DNA from: Chiloscyllium plagiosum
Taxonomy: Eukaryota
Reading direction: 5' to 3'
Assembly (NCBI RefSeq): GCF_004010195.1
Contig: NC_057752.1
Coordinates: 11,255,160-11,319,159, forward strand
DNA length: 64,000 nt
Shown here: in pieces, positions 36,640-50,692 of the stretch
Layout: every line of letters starts with the position of its first letter
How positions within the stretch are numbered: the stretch's first letter is position 1
Translations under genes and position numbers: made by a program
Notes under the pieces: generated by a model
The model's input: only the letters and a program-made list of their open reading frames with translations
Database searches by the model: none
Told to the model about the DNA's origin: nothing

Positions 36640-37535
36640 CTAGATCATATGAAATAGGAAGAGGAGTAGGCCGTTTCGACCTTTCGAATGGCAAAGCATA
36701 TTCATAGGGTAGTGGGTGATCCAACATTACTCATGCCTACTTTATTGTCCCCCATAACCTTGACTTTCTGACTGATCAAGAATGTATTTATCTTGCCCTT
36801 AAATAAACTCAAGGACTCTGCCCTCACAGCTCTCTGGCAAGGAGTGTCAAAGACTGACAATCTTCTGAGAGAAGAAATTCCTCCTCATCTCAGTCTTAAA
36901 TTGGTGCCCCTTTATTCTGAGGCTATGCCTTCTGATCCTAGACTCTACCATGAGGGGGCAATCCTCTCAGCATTTACCCTGTCAAGCCACATAAGATTTC
37001 TGTATGCTTCAATGAGATCACCTCTCATTTTACTAAACTCCAGTGAGTAGAGTCGCAACTAGTTGCCTTTGCACATTAGACAATTCCTCCATACCAGGGA
37101 TCATCGTAATAAACCTTCTCTGAACTGTCTCCAATGAAATGATAACTCCCCTTAAATAAAGGGACCAAAACTGCTCAGTGTTCTAGATGTGGTTTCACCA
37201 GCACCTTGTACAGTTGCAGTAAAACTTCCGTACTCTTCTACTCCAAACCCCTTGAAATAAGGGCTGACATTCCATTAGCACTGTGAATTATCTACAGCCT
37301 TTGTGTGCTAGCTTTGTTTTTTATGTACAAGTCCTTTTCAGCTTTCTACAGTATTTCTCCATTTAAATCATGTTCTGTTCTTTTGTTCTCCCTTCCAAAA
37401 TAAACTTTGCATTTCATGTATTATACTCTATTTGCTAACTTTTGTCCACTTAGCTTGTCATTGGGTCTCTAAAACTATTTGTGATCCAGTCACAACCTGC
37501 CTTTCCACACACAGTTTTGTGTCATCTGCAAATTT
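36640..37535 (-). mobile_element. Old CR1 3' fragment
   Basis: Reverse complement encodes LYKVLVKPHLE and F.TEMRRNFFSQ; CR1 tail at the left. Confidence 0.75.
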
Positions 37536-38834
37536 AGCTGCTGACTTCCTCCTAGTTTGTTGCTAAACTAATTTAATCATTCCAAATACATTTTGAAAGA
37601 AATGCATGCCTACCGTCTACACTTTAATATTCAAAATGAAATCGGAGATTCAAAGTTCCACAATTAATTATCTTTGCATTAACTTTTAAATTAAAAAAAG
37701 CCTTCAAGGTCCGAGAGGATCTTGGAAGCTTTTGCTTCCATTGTGTAATATTTTCCCCTCTTATTGAGAGGAAATGGCTAACTGGATCTGCCGAAATTCA
37801 TCAAAGCTCCTTAGCCAGTCCTCTCCAAAAAATGTGACCACTGTCATCTAAAAGGACACAGACAGAAGGTACATGGGAACACCACCACAACTTCCCCTCC
37901 AAGTCACACTCCATCCTGATTTGGAAATTTATTGCTGTTCCTTCAGTGTTCCAAAGTGAAAATCTGGGACCTCTCTTGCTTTATCGCTCTCTGGCTCTGT
38001 GGTCCATTTGTTGTACAGACAGGTTTTTTGCAGCAGTTCTAGAAGGCAGCTCAGTTCAGAGCCAGTCTACAATCTGGTCAGTTGTATGATTTAAAGTCAA
38101 AAGGTGCATATCCCTCACTCCATAAGCTTTTGGTTATTCTGCAAGAGTTTGAAAGATTTTTTTAAAAAATAAAAACCTCTACCACTTTGAAGCTTCAGGG
38201 TATTTTAATAGGTACTTATGAAAAGCTAAAAAATACACAAGTTAACATTTGAGCTAACTCTTTTCCTGGGTTATGTTTTATTAAAAACTAAGTTGCTACG
38301 GTTGTACAATACAAAATGATTTTCATCAACTACTTTTTTAAGAACCTTGTGTGTCTTAAGATGGAAACCATTTGACAATTTAGAGGGATAAAGTAGGGCT
38401 GATTAGTACCTTGGGGCACAGAAGAAGTTATGGGAGGAATCTGACAAACGAAACCGGGTGTGTGTATTTGAAAGCAGTCAAAGACTGACTGTTTTGGGTT
38501 CTCCTCTCCTGCTGGGTCCTAGTTGCGCCAAACATTGCTAGCTTCTGTCCTTCCTTGGCTTTAGGACACTTTGGTCCCTGTGGGAATGGAAAGCAAATAA
38601 ATGGTCATGGTTGCTGAACTCATTTTCATTTGCAAATGGATCGAGTCATTGAATGCAGTTCTGAAAACGCACAAATTCTCTTAACTTCTTGAAGTAAAAA
38701 TAGTCAACTACTGAATAATAGCAGCTCTGCAAATGATGTCTTGGTATATGCAGTGCTACTTAGAGTTGTACCAACTATCTTTGATTCACTACTCCTGGTT
38801 GAATATATGCTAATAATGTTTCTGTTTATGTTGC

Positions 38835-41358
38835 GGCTTTACAGGACATTGGTTAGGCTAGTGTTGGAGTATTGTGTGCTATTCTGGTCTCCTTTCTATC
38901 AGGAAAAATACAAAACTTGAAGGGGTTCAGAAAATATTTACAAGGGTGTTGCCAGGGTTGGAGGATTTGAGCTACAGGGAGAGGCTGAACAGGCTGGGGC
39001 TGTTTTCCCTGGAGCGTTGGAGGCTGAGAGGTGGCCTCTCAAGTTGGACCGAAGGGTCTCTTTCCGTGCTGTACATCTCTGACTCTAAGTGTAGCTATGA
39101 ATGCAACACACATGAAGACTTCCTCATATTGAATTACCTGGTGAATAAAAAATGAGTCATTTGATAATAGTCTCAAACTATCTAAAAATATTTGACCTTG
39201 CACACATTATCATTTCCCTAAGTTGCACTTACGTGAAGAATTACGTCTAACCAATGCAGTTGAAATCTTGCAAATTTATCCAAGGAGCAGTTGTATGCCA
39301 TTCATTCCTTTTGAGCCTGCTTTGCCATTCTAGATCATGGCTGTTCATCTACCTCCATGCCATATTGCCTTATCTCCTCCCATTTGACCTGGGCTGGAGC
39401 TACCTCCCTAATCGCATTGTGGGTCTACCTACTGCATGCCTACAGTTCAATAAGGCAGCTCACCCACCACCACCACCTTGCGTAACTATAGACAGCCAGT
39501 AAATGTTGACCCACCTAGGGCCACCCAAATCACATGAGTGAATTGAATAAAAATTACATCCCTTTGGCTTTGTGCATGGGAAATCATGCCTCACAAACTT
39601 GATTGAGTTTTTTGAGGAAGTAACAAAGAGGATTGATGAGGGCAGAGCGGTAGACGTGATCTATATGGACTTCAGTAAGGCGTTCAACAAGGTTCCCTAT
39701 GGGAGACTGGTTAGCAAGGTTAGGTTTCATGGAATACAGGGAGAAGTAGCCATTTGGATACAGAACTGGCTCAAAGGTAGAACACAGGGTGGTGGTGAGG
39801 GTTGTTTTTCAGACTGGAAGCCTGTGACCAGTGGAGTGCCACAAGGATCAGTGCTGGGTCCTCTACTTTTTCTCATTTACATAAATGATTTGGCTGCGAG
39901 CATAAGAGGTACAGTTGGTAAGTTTGCAGATGACACCAAAAGTAAGAGGTGTAGTTGACAACGAAGAGGGTTACCTCAGATTACAACAGTGGAGTCGCAG
40001 GTAGATAGGATAGTGAAGGCGGCGTTTGGTATGCTTTCCTTTATTGGTCAGAGTATTGAGTATTGGAGTTGGGAGGTCATGTTGCAGCTGTACAGGACAT
40101 TGGTTAGGCCACTGTTGGAATATTGCGTGCAATTCTGGTTTCCTTCCTATCGGAAAGATNNNNNNNNNNNNNNNNNNNNNNNNNNNNNNNNNNNNNNNNN
40201 NNNNNNNNNNNNNNNNNNNNNNNNNNNNNNNNNNNNNNNNNNNNNNNNNNNNNNNNNNNNNNNNNNNNNNNNNNNNGCAACATTTAAGAGACATTTGGAT
40301 GGGTATATGAATAGGAAGGGTTTGGAGGGGTATGGGCCAGGTGCTGGCAGATGGGACTAGATTGGGTTGGGATATCTGGTCGGCATGGGCAGGTTGGACC
40401 AAAGGGTCTGTTTCCATGCTATACATCTCTATGACTCTATGCCGTTACCAGCTAGAAATCTATAAAGCTCTCTCTTGAACTTCCTTAATAACAGAGCTTC
40501 CATAGGCCTGTAAGGTAGAGGATTCCAAAGATTTTCCATCCTCTGAGTTCCTCCTCATCTCGGACCTCAAAGTGCTCAGCCTTTTATTCTGAGTGTGTTT
40601 CCCCTGGGTGTAGACCCCAGAACCAGGGGGAGCGTCCTTTCTGCATCTACTCTGTCAATTCCATTTAAGAATTTGGTGCATTTCTATGATACCATCCTCA
40701 TTCTTCTAAACTCCAGAGAATACAGGACCACTTTTCTCAATTGCATCTTATAGAATAGTCCCACCGTTGTCGGAATCAGTCTGGTGAGTCTTCTCTACAC
40801 TCCCTCCTATGTACTTCTTCAGTTTTGTTTATAAACCTTGTGTGTGGGACCTTTGTCAAAAGCCTTTTGAAAACCCAAAAATGCTGCAACCACTGGTTCC
40901 CTCTTATTGAATCTGCCAATAATATCAAACATGATTTCCTCTTCACAAATCCATGTTGACTGCCCAATCAGACAGTGTGGTGAAGAGTGCATTTGGCACG
41001 CTTGCCTTCAATAGTCAGAACATTGAGTTCAGGAGTTGAGATGTCATATTGTGGCTGTACAGGACATCAGTTAGGCCATTTCTAGAATACTGCATACAAT
41101 TCTGGTTGTTATTAAACTTGAAAGGCTGCAGAAAAGATTCACAAGGACCTTGCCGGAATTGGACGGTTTGAGTTATAGGGAGAAGTTTAGTAGGCTGGGG
41201 TATTTTTTCTCTGGAGTGTCAGAGGCTGAGGGGTGACCTTAGAGTTTTATAAAATCATGATAGGCATGGATAAGGTGAATAGCTAAGGTCCGTTGCCCAG
41301 GGTGGGGGAGTCCAAAACTAGAGGGCGTTGGCTTAAGCTGAGAGGAAAGAGATTTTTA
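38835..41358. mobile_element. Cluster of CR1 fragments (+ 38835-39088, + 39565-40440, - 40450-40970, + 40985-41358)
   Basis: ORF 39572-39958 reads [16 protein letters not shown]...YMDFSKAF...[13 protein letters not shown]...KFADDTK; further 3' end pieces nearby. Confidence 0.88.
40160..40276. other. Assembly gap (117 N)
   Basis: Run of n inside a CR1 copy. Confidence 1.
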
Positions 41359-41858
41359 NNNNNNNNNNNNNNNNNNNNNNNNNNNNNNNNNNNNNNNNNN
41401 NNNNNNNNNNNNNNNNNNNNNNNNNNNNNNNNNNNNNNNNNNNNNNNNNNNNNNNNNNNNNNNNNNNNNNNNNNNNNNNNNNNNNNNNNNNNNNNNNNNN
41501 NNNNNNNNNNNNNNNNNNNNNNNNNNNNNNNNNNNNNNNNNNNNNNNNNNNNNNNNNNNNNNNNNNNNNNNNNNNNNNNNNNNNNNNNNNNNNNNNNNNN
41601 NNNNNNNNNNNNNNNNNNNNNNNNNNNNNNNNNNNNNNNNNNNNNNNNNNNNNNNNNNNNNNNNNNNNNNNNNNNNNNNNNNNNNNNNNNNNNNNNNNNN
41701 NNNNNNNNNNNNNNNNNNNNNNNNNNNNNNNNNNNNNNNNNNNNNNNNNNNNNNNNNNNNNNNNNNNNNNNNNNNNNNNNNNNNNNNNNNNNNNNNNNNN
41801 NNNNNNNNNNNNNNNNNNNNNNNNNNNNNNNNNNNNNNNNNNNNNNNNNNNNNNNNNN
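41359..41858. other. Assembly gap (500 N)
   Basis: Run of n. Confidence 1.
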
Positions 41859-42844
41859 TGTTTTCCTCTGGATTGTAAAAACTCAAATTAGTAAACACCT
41901 CAGTAATTATCTCACCAGGTAGCTTGTCTACTCATTTAGTTGAAGTCTTGGAAATTCTGTTTTGACTTTTTTTTTTGAGATTCAAAACAAAATCAAGCCT
42001 GCTTCATGGAAGTAAAAACAAATTGCCCCACATTAGAACCCAAGTTCCCAAATAATAAATTATAAATTTTCATACTATCTTGAATGTATTCTAGGAATTC
42101 TTCCTCTGCAACACTAGTTTTCATTAGATTTACGATTCTATATGTAGATTGAACTTACCCAGAAGTCTTGCATTTCCCTTGCGACATACAGTTTTTTTAT
42201 GATTGAAACTGTGCCCTACATTGCCAGTACTGTTTAGTCTATAAACCATTCCTACCAATGTTTGCTGGTCCTTGCTGTTTCTTATCCAAACAGATTCTAC
42301 ATTCTGTTCTTTCGATATGAGATCTTTTCTCAATAACACGCGGATCCTGTCCCTCCTCAGAGCACTACCCCCACCTCCTTTTCCTTCGTCAACCTGCAGA
42401 AACATCTCTGTGATGGCAATAAAAGCGTACCTTTTCCTTCTACTGCCCTATCAGTTCAGTTATTTTGTTGAGTGCTGTCCATTCAGTACTTTTAACTCTG
42501 CCCCTTTTTAACACCATTGTTTAATTAAATCTTAGTCGAGTTTAGGATTTTTTTCTGCTGCCTTTCACTTCCATTTACAGCTTTTGTACTCCTCCACCTT
42601 TTGTTTTTATTCTACCTGAAGTTCCCGTTCCTCTGACAACTGAGTTTAAACATTCCCTACCAGCATTAGTAAATCTCCCTGCAAAGATATTAGTCCTGGA
42701 CCTGCAAAATTGTAACTTGTCCTCCTTGATCCAAAATATAAATGGGGGCATGCAAATGCTGTGCCTAAATTGTCATCTAACAAGATATTGTACATCTTTG
42801 CATTATAAGAGAGCCTCCATAATGAACATGTTATTTACATGACT

Positions 42845-44780
42845 TAGAGGTGCCAGTGTGGACTGGGATGAACCAATTTAAAAATCATACAACACCAGGT
42901 TATAGTCCATCAGGTTTATTTGGAAACACTAGCTTTCGGAGTGCTGCTTCTTCCTCAGCTGCTTGTGGAGAATAAGATCATAAGATACAGAATTTATAGC
43001 CAAATGTGCAGTGTCATTGCAGTGTGATGACTAGGATCTAAAAGTGTTTATCACGTCTTTCATCTTTTAAAATGGGATGTGTTGGCTTCTGTTCTTTGAT
43101 ATGTAAATCCCAGAACTACTTTTAAATTACATTCTCAGGGTATCTAGCTTTTCTAACAATGTCTGAGCTGAGATAGCACCTAATGCATTAAGGTGTGAGG
43201 TCTGTCTGTGTCCCGATTTGGAGATGCCAGTGTTGGACTGGGGTGTACAAAGTTAAAAATCACACAACACCAGGTTATAGTCAACAGGTTTAATTGGAAG
43301 CACTAGCTTTCGAGCGCCGCTCCTTCATCAGGTGGTTGTGAAGGACACAATTGTAAGGCAGAATTTAAGACACTGTAAACTTTTGCTATAAATTGTGTCT
43401 TACAATTGTGTCCTCTGCAATCACCTGATGAAGGAGGCGCTCCGAAAGCTAGTGCTTCCAATTCGACCTTTTGGACTACAAACTGGTGTTGTGATTTTTA
43501 ACTTTGTGTCCCGATGTTGAGTTAGGCTGGTTCTATTTCTACAGTGGGGTTTAGAGTTTTACGTAGATTCATGCAGTTTTTGAGCAAAATAAAATTTAAT
43601 TCTGCAAAAATAAATTTGCCACAAACTTGTGTGCGCGCATGTAGGAGAGACTGTGTGAGTGCATGTGTAGGCTTGATTGTGTGATGCGGTATATGCCTGT
43701 AAAAGGGTGCGTGCGGGGTGTGTGTGTGTTGCAGTGGGGTCACCTGTAGTGTGACGTGACCCCAAGGTCCCAGTTGAGACCATTCCCATGGGTACTGAAC
43801 GTGGCTATCAGCTTCTGCTCGGCCACTCTACATTGTTGCTTGTTCCGAAGTCTGCCTTGAAGGACATAACCCGATGGTCCGGGCCATTCGACCTCGGAGT
43901 GCTGAAGTGTTCCCCTTACCTGGTGATTGTTGCGCAGTGTCCATTCATCCATTGTTGTATCATCTGCGTGGATTTGCCAATGTACCATACCTCAGGGCTT
44001 TCTTGCCTGCAGCATCTGAGATAGACAACGTAGGCCCAGTCACATGGGCGCTCGCAGTGTACCTGGAGGAAGGTGTCCCCACATGTAATGGTGGTATCCG
44101 TGTCATCACACTGACACGTCTTGCAGTGGCTGCTGTGACAGGGTTTTAGTGTTGTTGTTCTGAAGGCTGGGCAGTTTTCTGCGAACAGCTATCTGTTTAA
44201 GGTTTGGTGGTTGTGTGGAGAAGGTCTTGGCGAGGTGCTTATCCTCATTGATAATGTATTGCAGGCTGCCAAGAATGTGGCGTAGTCAGTCGGCTCCTGG
44301 GAAGTACTGGACAGCAAAGCGTACCCTGTCTGTTGCAGTTCGTGTCTGTCTCCTGAAGAGTCATTATGGATATTTTGCGGCGGCACAACGGAACTGGCGA
44401 TCAATGAATTGGGCATCATACTGTTCTTATGAGGGCATCTTATGAGCACTTCAAGTGTCATATCAAGTTGTCCTCATCCGAATCAATTCTGTGTATGCGT
44501 AGGGGATGGCTGTTTTTAATGTGTTTCGGGTGGAAGCTAGAGCAGTGTAGCATTGTGAGGTTATCTGTGGGTTTGTGGTAGGGTGAGGTGCTGAGGTCTC
44601 CATTCTTGATGGAGATGAGTTTGTCCAAGAATGTGAGAGATTCTCAAGTGGTCCATGGTAAGTCTGACAGTGGGATGAAACTCGATTGATATTGTTATTT
44701 ATAGATAGCAACTGTTACTCTGAAAGTGTTCTGTTCTCTCCACTATAATGGCGAGTCCAGTTGACAGGATTTGGATGGGT
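42845..44780 (-). mobile_element. Penelope-like retroelement (RT C-terminus, GIY-YIG, terminal repeat), degenerate
   Basis: Minus strand gives KTAIPYA, WYIGKS..QWMNGH and VAEQKLIATFSTHGNGLNWD; terminal repeat at 42845-43000. Confidence 0.8.
43218..43504. mobile_element. Fold-back PLE terminal-repeat cassette with hammerhead-like cores on both strands and an 11-bp TSD
   Basis: tgtgtcccgat at 43207-43217 and 43505-43515. CTGATGA 43425-43431 with GAAAGCT 43444-43450, mirrored at about 43305-43332. Confidence 0.85.
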
Positions 44781-46324
44781 TTGGTTGATAACTAAACTTG
44801 TGTGAAAGTGTGCTCTCAACATGAATAACCTGTCTAAAACTGGAAAAAGTGAGGACTGCAGATGCTGGAGATCAGAGCTGAAAATGTGTTGCTGGAAAAG
44901 CGCAGCAGGTCAGGCAGGAAGTCTAAACTGGAAGTATGGAATGTCTTATCTATGCAAGTTAGCTGTTGCTGAATAAGCACTCTGTTATAAACTGGTTTTT
45001 TGCACTACTTGTTGAATTAACTCTGAAAGAAGCTGTAATATTTTAACAAAAATGACACGAGGCATATGGTTTTGACTGCTCTTGGTTTACTGTGGAAGGG
45101 ATAGTGGATGTTTGGAGTGTGGAAAAGTACTTCTGTCAGATAATGTTGATTGAGGAAATTGTAGGACAGTTGTGAATTCCAAAATATTAGTGTAAAACTT
45201 GCAAGACAGTTGATTAAAGCCTGATGTTTTGACGTCATTTGCAAGCTTAAGCCTGATGATATTGCTTAGTCAGATTTGGGTTGAGTGGATTAGTTGCCTT
45301 AGCCTTAGCTATTTTCCAACCTACTGATCAAGTTACAAATTCTCTAACTGCTTACCATTGGAAGTTTCTTTTTGCTCATTGTGGGGCAAATGAATACAAA
45401 TTGAGATTGCTATCATTCCGATCTGTCAATCCAGATCCTTGCTGAAAATCCAAGCACAGAAAAGGATATCCAAGCCGTCGCTGTCTAGCAAATATTGTTA
45501 AAAACCCAGTCCGACACTGGCATCTCCAAATCGTAGTAAATATTGGTTAGATACATTCAAATTTGTGCACATTTTGCTTTGGCTAGCTCTCTTGGCAGCC
45601 TTGTTGACCAACACATCTCCCACTGTGGAGAATGATCCTTTTATACTGAAGATGCCAAATTTAAAACCATTTTTATATGCTGAGTTTTGATTTCACATGA
45701 TGTAGTTAGTAAAGGTGCCTTACAGTTGGTCTCCATACTCCTGAACAGGAAATAAACAGCCAGAGTTTGTTCTAACTGTACTGAAACTTCTGTATGTGAA
45801 TGACTTGAGCACATCTCTAATGTCCTGTGTGGTTGCTTAGCTTGCTGGCCTCAGCTGGTTAGGTTCGTGCATGAATTCCAACTTGATTGGGTACCGTTTT
45901 TTCTGATGCCTCAAAACTGTTCAGTGCTGCAGTGTGTCTTGAGAATGAAGGAATTAGAAACCTGTCTCATTGTCTATGTATAGTGGATTCATTTGTCCTC
46001 TATTTTAGAGTGTAAACATGGTTAGATTTTCTTAACCTGCTTTTGTCTTCCACTAACAAAGTTTTACAGGCAAATGCCAATATTTTATGACCTTGTAGTA
46101 ATTTATCTTAATTCATTGTTTTGACTGGGGAAGCAAATAGAGGTCTTAGTTTGACGAACTGATTAGAGAACAGGAAAGCATAGTTAAGGGAAGATGGGTA
46201 AAAAGCCAGACATATGAACACGCTTTATTTTTGTCAGTTTCCTCAGTGCTCGGAGGATCTGTTTGCAGTGTTGCAAAGATTTGGGAAAAGTCACATGGCA
46301 GTGTTAAATGGCTGGAAGTTACTT

Positions 46325-46800
46325 GGAGTCATGATGTACAGCGTGAAAACAGACACTTAGGTCAGCATGGATGAGTTGGACCAAAGGGGCAACCTTTTCA
46401 CGCAGAGGGTGGTACGTGTATGGAATGAGCTGCCAGAGGCTGTGGTGGAGGCTGGTACAATTGCAACATTTAAGAGGCATTTGATGGGTATATGAATAGG
46501 AAGGGTTTGGAGGGATATGGGCTGGGTGCTGGCAGGTGGGACTAGATTGGGTTGGGATATCTGGTCGGCATGGACGGGTTGGACCGAAGGGTCTGTATCC
46601 ATGCTGTACATCCCTATGACTGTATAATAATTGAGGTTTGTTAAATATATCATTTTACTTGTATGACACTAATCTTTTGCTATAGATTCTGTGTCTTATG
46701 GTCCTAGTCTTCAACCACCTGAAGAAGGAGCAGTTCCCAAAGCTAGTGCTTCCAAATAAACCTGTTGGAATATAACCTGCTGTTGTGATTTTTAATTAGT
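46325..46800 (+). mobile_element. CR1 3' end (46385-46620) followed by a PLE terminal-repeat fragment
   Basis: TQRVVRVWNELPEAVV tail; then cctgaagaaggagcag...aaagctagtgcttccaaataaacctgttgg. Confidence 0.75.
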
Positions 46801-47769
46801 TGTGGTCCTGCCTTTCAACCTTGACCTTGCCTGAGGCATGGCGACCCTCCGGTTAAACCACCACCATTCATATCTATCTATCTAGCCTTACGGTCCTCCT
46901 GGGATTATGGTGACTTTACCTACGTTGTGACCGCTGGAAGGGGACGTGGTGTCTACCATCTGTCTCCAGTAAAACTACCTAAAATCTAAAGACAGCCAGC
47001 TGTTTTCTCCTACTTGTTGCTGTAATCTCGTTGGCATTCAATAAGCAACTAAGAGCCTTTACAGTTCGTGTACAAATTGCCTGTGCCTCCTGTGAGGAAG
47101 TAAAAAGGACCGAGAGATATCCTGGTAACATCGCAGTAACTGCTGGGGACTAGTCTATTGTGCTGTAGTTCCAGGTATGTGTTTTTTTACAAATGGTGGA
47201 GCAAAGAAAAGTAATGGCTTTCTTTGTCTGAATGTGTGAGAGATGGGTTTTAGAGGTTTAGAGTTTCATCTAGAAGAGTTACATGTCAGTTGACGGTTTA
47301 GTTGTGTACTTATGGTTAGAATCGTTTAGTTACTGTTAAGTAAAGAAACCTGGTCTTTTTTTTTTGTTAACCTGGCCTATCCAATAGATAAATTGGGATC
47401 CTTGAGGATTTTGAGTACTCTTTGATAAAATGTATTGCTTTTATATTGTCTCTGGGAATACCATGCTTTGATTTCCCTTGTGATGCCTCATGGAACACCA
47501 TCCTGTGTTAGAAATCCTTTTGGTAGAATGAAACAGCAATGGAGGGGATTTCTGAGAGATGACTCAAATTGTGGGGCTGGAGCTCCCAAGGGAGGTTTCA
47601 CGATTCTACAGCCAATGTGAAATTCAGTTCGACTGGTTGTAGAATACATATTTGAGCTGCCTTCACATTGCAAGCACCACAGTTTGAAACTTTGTCCATC
47701 AACGGACGCATGATGGTGAGTTCTAGTGACATCACCCAGCATGCCCTGGGTCTGGTCACTCCAGTGGCC

Positions 47770-49706
47770 AAGCTGTACCTGCATCTAACATTTTGTGATT
47801 CATGTACAAGAACACCCAGATTCCTCTGTAGTAGAGCATTTTGCAGTCCATGTCCATTTCAAGAATCTCTTTTTCTGTTCTTCCTGTCAAAGTGGGCAAC
47901 CTTACATTTTACTCCATCTGCTAAATTTTGCCTGCTCCTTTTAACTTTTCTATGACCCTTTGCAGACTCTTTATATCAAGGTCATAAGATGTGGGAGGAG
48001 AAGTAGGCCACTCAGCCCATCAAATCTGCTGCACCAGTCAATGAGATCATAGCTAATCTGATAATTTTCAACTCTACATCCCTGCCTTTACCCCATAAAC
48101 CTTAATTGCCTTCATGACCTATAAAGGTCTATCTCAGCCTTGAATATACTTAATGACCCAGCCTCAACAGTAAAGAATTCCACGGATTAGCTGCTATGTG
48201 AGAGAAGGAATTCCTCTTCATCTCTGAATTAAATGGCTGACCCCTTATTCTGAGATTATAACCTTCTGGTCCTAGACACTCCAGAGGGAATCAGCTCTAT
48301 ATCTGCCAGGTCAAGTTTCCTAAGAATCTTGTATGTTTCAATAAGGTTGCCTCTTACTCTCCGAAAATCCAATCCGTACAGGCCCAACCTGCTGAACCTG
48401 TCCTCCTAAGCCAGTACCTCAATACCTAGTATCAGCCTGGTGAACATTCACCAGTGCCAGTGCATCCTTCTCTTCGATAAGGGGCCAAAAGTGTTTTCTG
48501 TATTCCAGCTGTGGTGTTGACTAGTGACTTGTATAGTTTTAGCAAGACCTTCCTATTTTTATATTTCATTCCTTTGAAATAAAAGACATTTCATTTGTTT
48601 TCTCTATTACCTCCTGAACTTGGGTGCTAGCTTTTTGTGGTTTAGGAATAAGGACTCGCACATTGCATTGTGCTTTCTGCACCCTTTCTCTATTTAAATA
48701 ATATTTACTCTTCTTCCTGCCAAAATGCATAACTTCACATTCTGTCTGCCAAGTTCTTTTGCCCACTTACTTAGCTGATCTATAACCCTCTACAGACTCC
48801 TTGTCATTCTCATCACTTGCCTTTCAACCTATGTTTGTATCATCTGCAAATTTGGCTACAGTGAATTTACCTCCCTCATACAAATGATTTATATGTTGTA
48901 AATAATTATGGCACTCATTACTCTCCCTTATTTCTATCCCTCCTTTCACCCCCCTGTTCATGTGTCTATCAGGATGCTCCTTAAACATTGCTAACGTGTC
49001 TGCTTCCACTGGCAGTGTGATCCAGGCACTCACAATCCTCTGAAATATTTTCCCTGCACTTCTCCCCTAAATTTCCCCCCCTCACTTTGAACCTGTGCCC
49101 TCTTGTAGTTGACCTTTCCACCCTGGGGAAAAAGCTTCTGACTATCCACCTTATCTGTTCCCCATATAATTGTATACAGGGTAGACCTCTTATTAGGTTG
49201 GTTCTCAGCCTTCGTCTTTCCAGTGAAAACAATCAGTTTATCTGACCTCTCATAACTAAAACCCTCAAGACCAGGCAATATCCTGGTAAACCTTCTCTGC
49301 ACCCTCTCCCAAGCATCCACGTTCTTCTGGTAGTGTGGCTATCAGAACTGCACGCGATATTCCAAATGTGTTTGAGCTAAAGTTTTATTCAGCTGTAACA
49401 TAACTTGCCGACATTTATATTTGATGCCCCAGCAAATGCAAGGTGATCCATTTTGGAAGATCAAATTCAACAGCGAATTATAGAATGAATGGCAGAACCC
49501 TTTGGGGCACTGACAGAGATCTGAGTGTACAGGTCCACAGATCCCTGGAAGTGGGGACACAGGTAGATAAGCTATTCAAAAAGGCACACAGCACGCCTGC
49601 CTTCATTGGCTGGGGCATCAAATATAAATGTCGGCAAGTTATGTTACAGCTGAATAAAACTTTAGCTCAAACACATTTGGAATATCGTGTGCAGTTCTGA
49701 TAGCCA
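47770..49706 (-). mobile_element. Nested CR1 fragments; the youngest (48945-49440) has an inverted segment (49441-49706, +)
   Basis: ORFs 48566-48766, 48824-49033 (KFADDTNIG), 49030-49320 (ERVQRRFTRILPGL) and 49443-49700 (+). Confidence 0.85.
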
Positions 49707-49938
49707 TTTTGGGATGAAACTTTGATCACCTGGCTGAGCTCATTTCTCAATACCAGGTCTAGTATGGCCCCCACCCTTGTGCACTATTCACATACTGTTT
49801 TTTTAAAAAAAAAAACCCTCTTGGAAGCACCTAACAAATTCTTTCCCATCCAAACCCCTAGCACTAAGGGAGTCCCAGTCAATATGGAAAAGTTAAAATC
49901 ACCCACTACATTATTCTCATATTTCCAGAGTCTGACTA

Positions 49939-50083
49939 CAGAGGAACCTCTATTATCCGAAGGACACAGGCAGGGAGTATTTTGTTTGAATAATCAAATG
50001 TTGGATAACGCAGTTTAGCCAAGCATTGGGACCTTGCGATCTTGTTCGGATAATCTGAAATTTGGATAATCAAGGTTCCTCTG
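49939..50083. mobile_element. pogo/Tigger-type MITE, 145 bp
   Basis: TIRs CAGAGGAACCTCTATTATCCGAA and TTTGGATAATCAAGGTTCCTCTG, flanked by TA at 49937-38 and 50084-85. Confidence 0.85.
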
Positions 50084-50537
50084 TACATATCTCCTCTTCT
50101 ATCTCCCGCTGGCAGCTGGGAGATAGTACGATGCTAGATTGTGATTGCACCCTTCCTATTCCTAAGCTGTACCCATACCCTTTGCTGCAAGATCCCTCCA
50201 GGGTGTCCTCCCTCAACACAGCTGTGATCTGCTCCCTAACCTGTAATTCAACTTCCCCACCTTTTACTTCCTCCTCCTCGGTCTTGTCTAAAACATCGCT
50301 ATCCCAGAACATTAAGCTGCCAATGCTGTCACTCTTTCAACCATGGCTCTATGATAGCAGCAACAATATAATTGCATGCTTTAATCCAGGCTCTGGGTTC
50401 ATACACCTTGCTTTGAAGCAAATACAGTCCAGGCTTCCAGTTGTGCTCTTCCCCTGTGATGTCAGCAGGATGCTTCCCTGGAATGGGTCACAGTCATCAG
50501 TGTTGATGTCAACCATCTTCAAACTCACTTGCAGGTG

Positions 50538-50692
50538 GGAGAAAGTGAGGACTGCAGATGCTGGAGATCAAAGTCGAGAGTGTGGTGCTGGAAAAGCACA
50601 GCAGGTCAGGAATCCTGATGAAGGGCTTGTGCCTGAAACGTCGATTCTCCTGCTGCTTGGATGCTGCCTGGCCTGTGCATTTTCAATACAAC
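50538..50692. mobile_element. PLE-derived cassette with hammerhead-like core and 15-bp TSD, inserted in an old RTE fragment (about 50450-51050, -)
   Basis: actcacttgcaggtg at 50523-50537 and 50693-50707; CTGATGA 50615-50621 with GAAAC 50635-50639. Confidence 0.85.

Noticed and set aside
41293..41922. Long ORFs across N runs
   Set aside because: Artefacts of assembly gaps.
46225..46325. Candidate TFCP2 exon 2 after ttcctcag
   Set aside because: Translation does not give the expected SDVLALPIFKQEE and there is no good donor.
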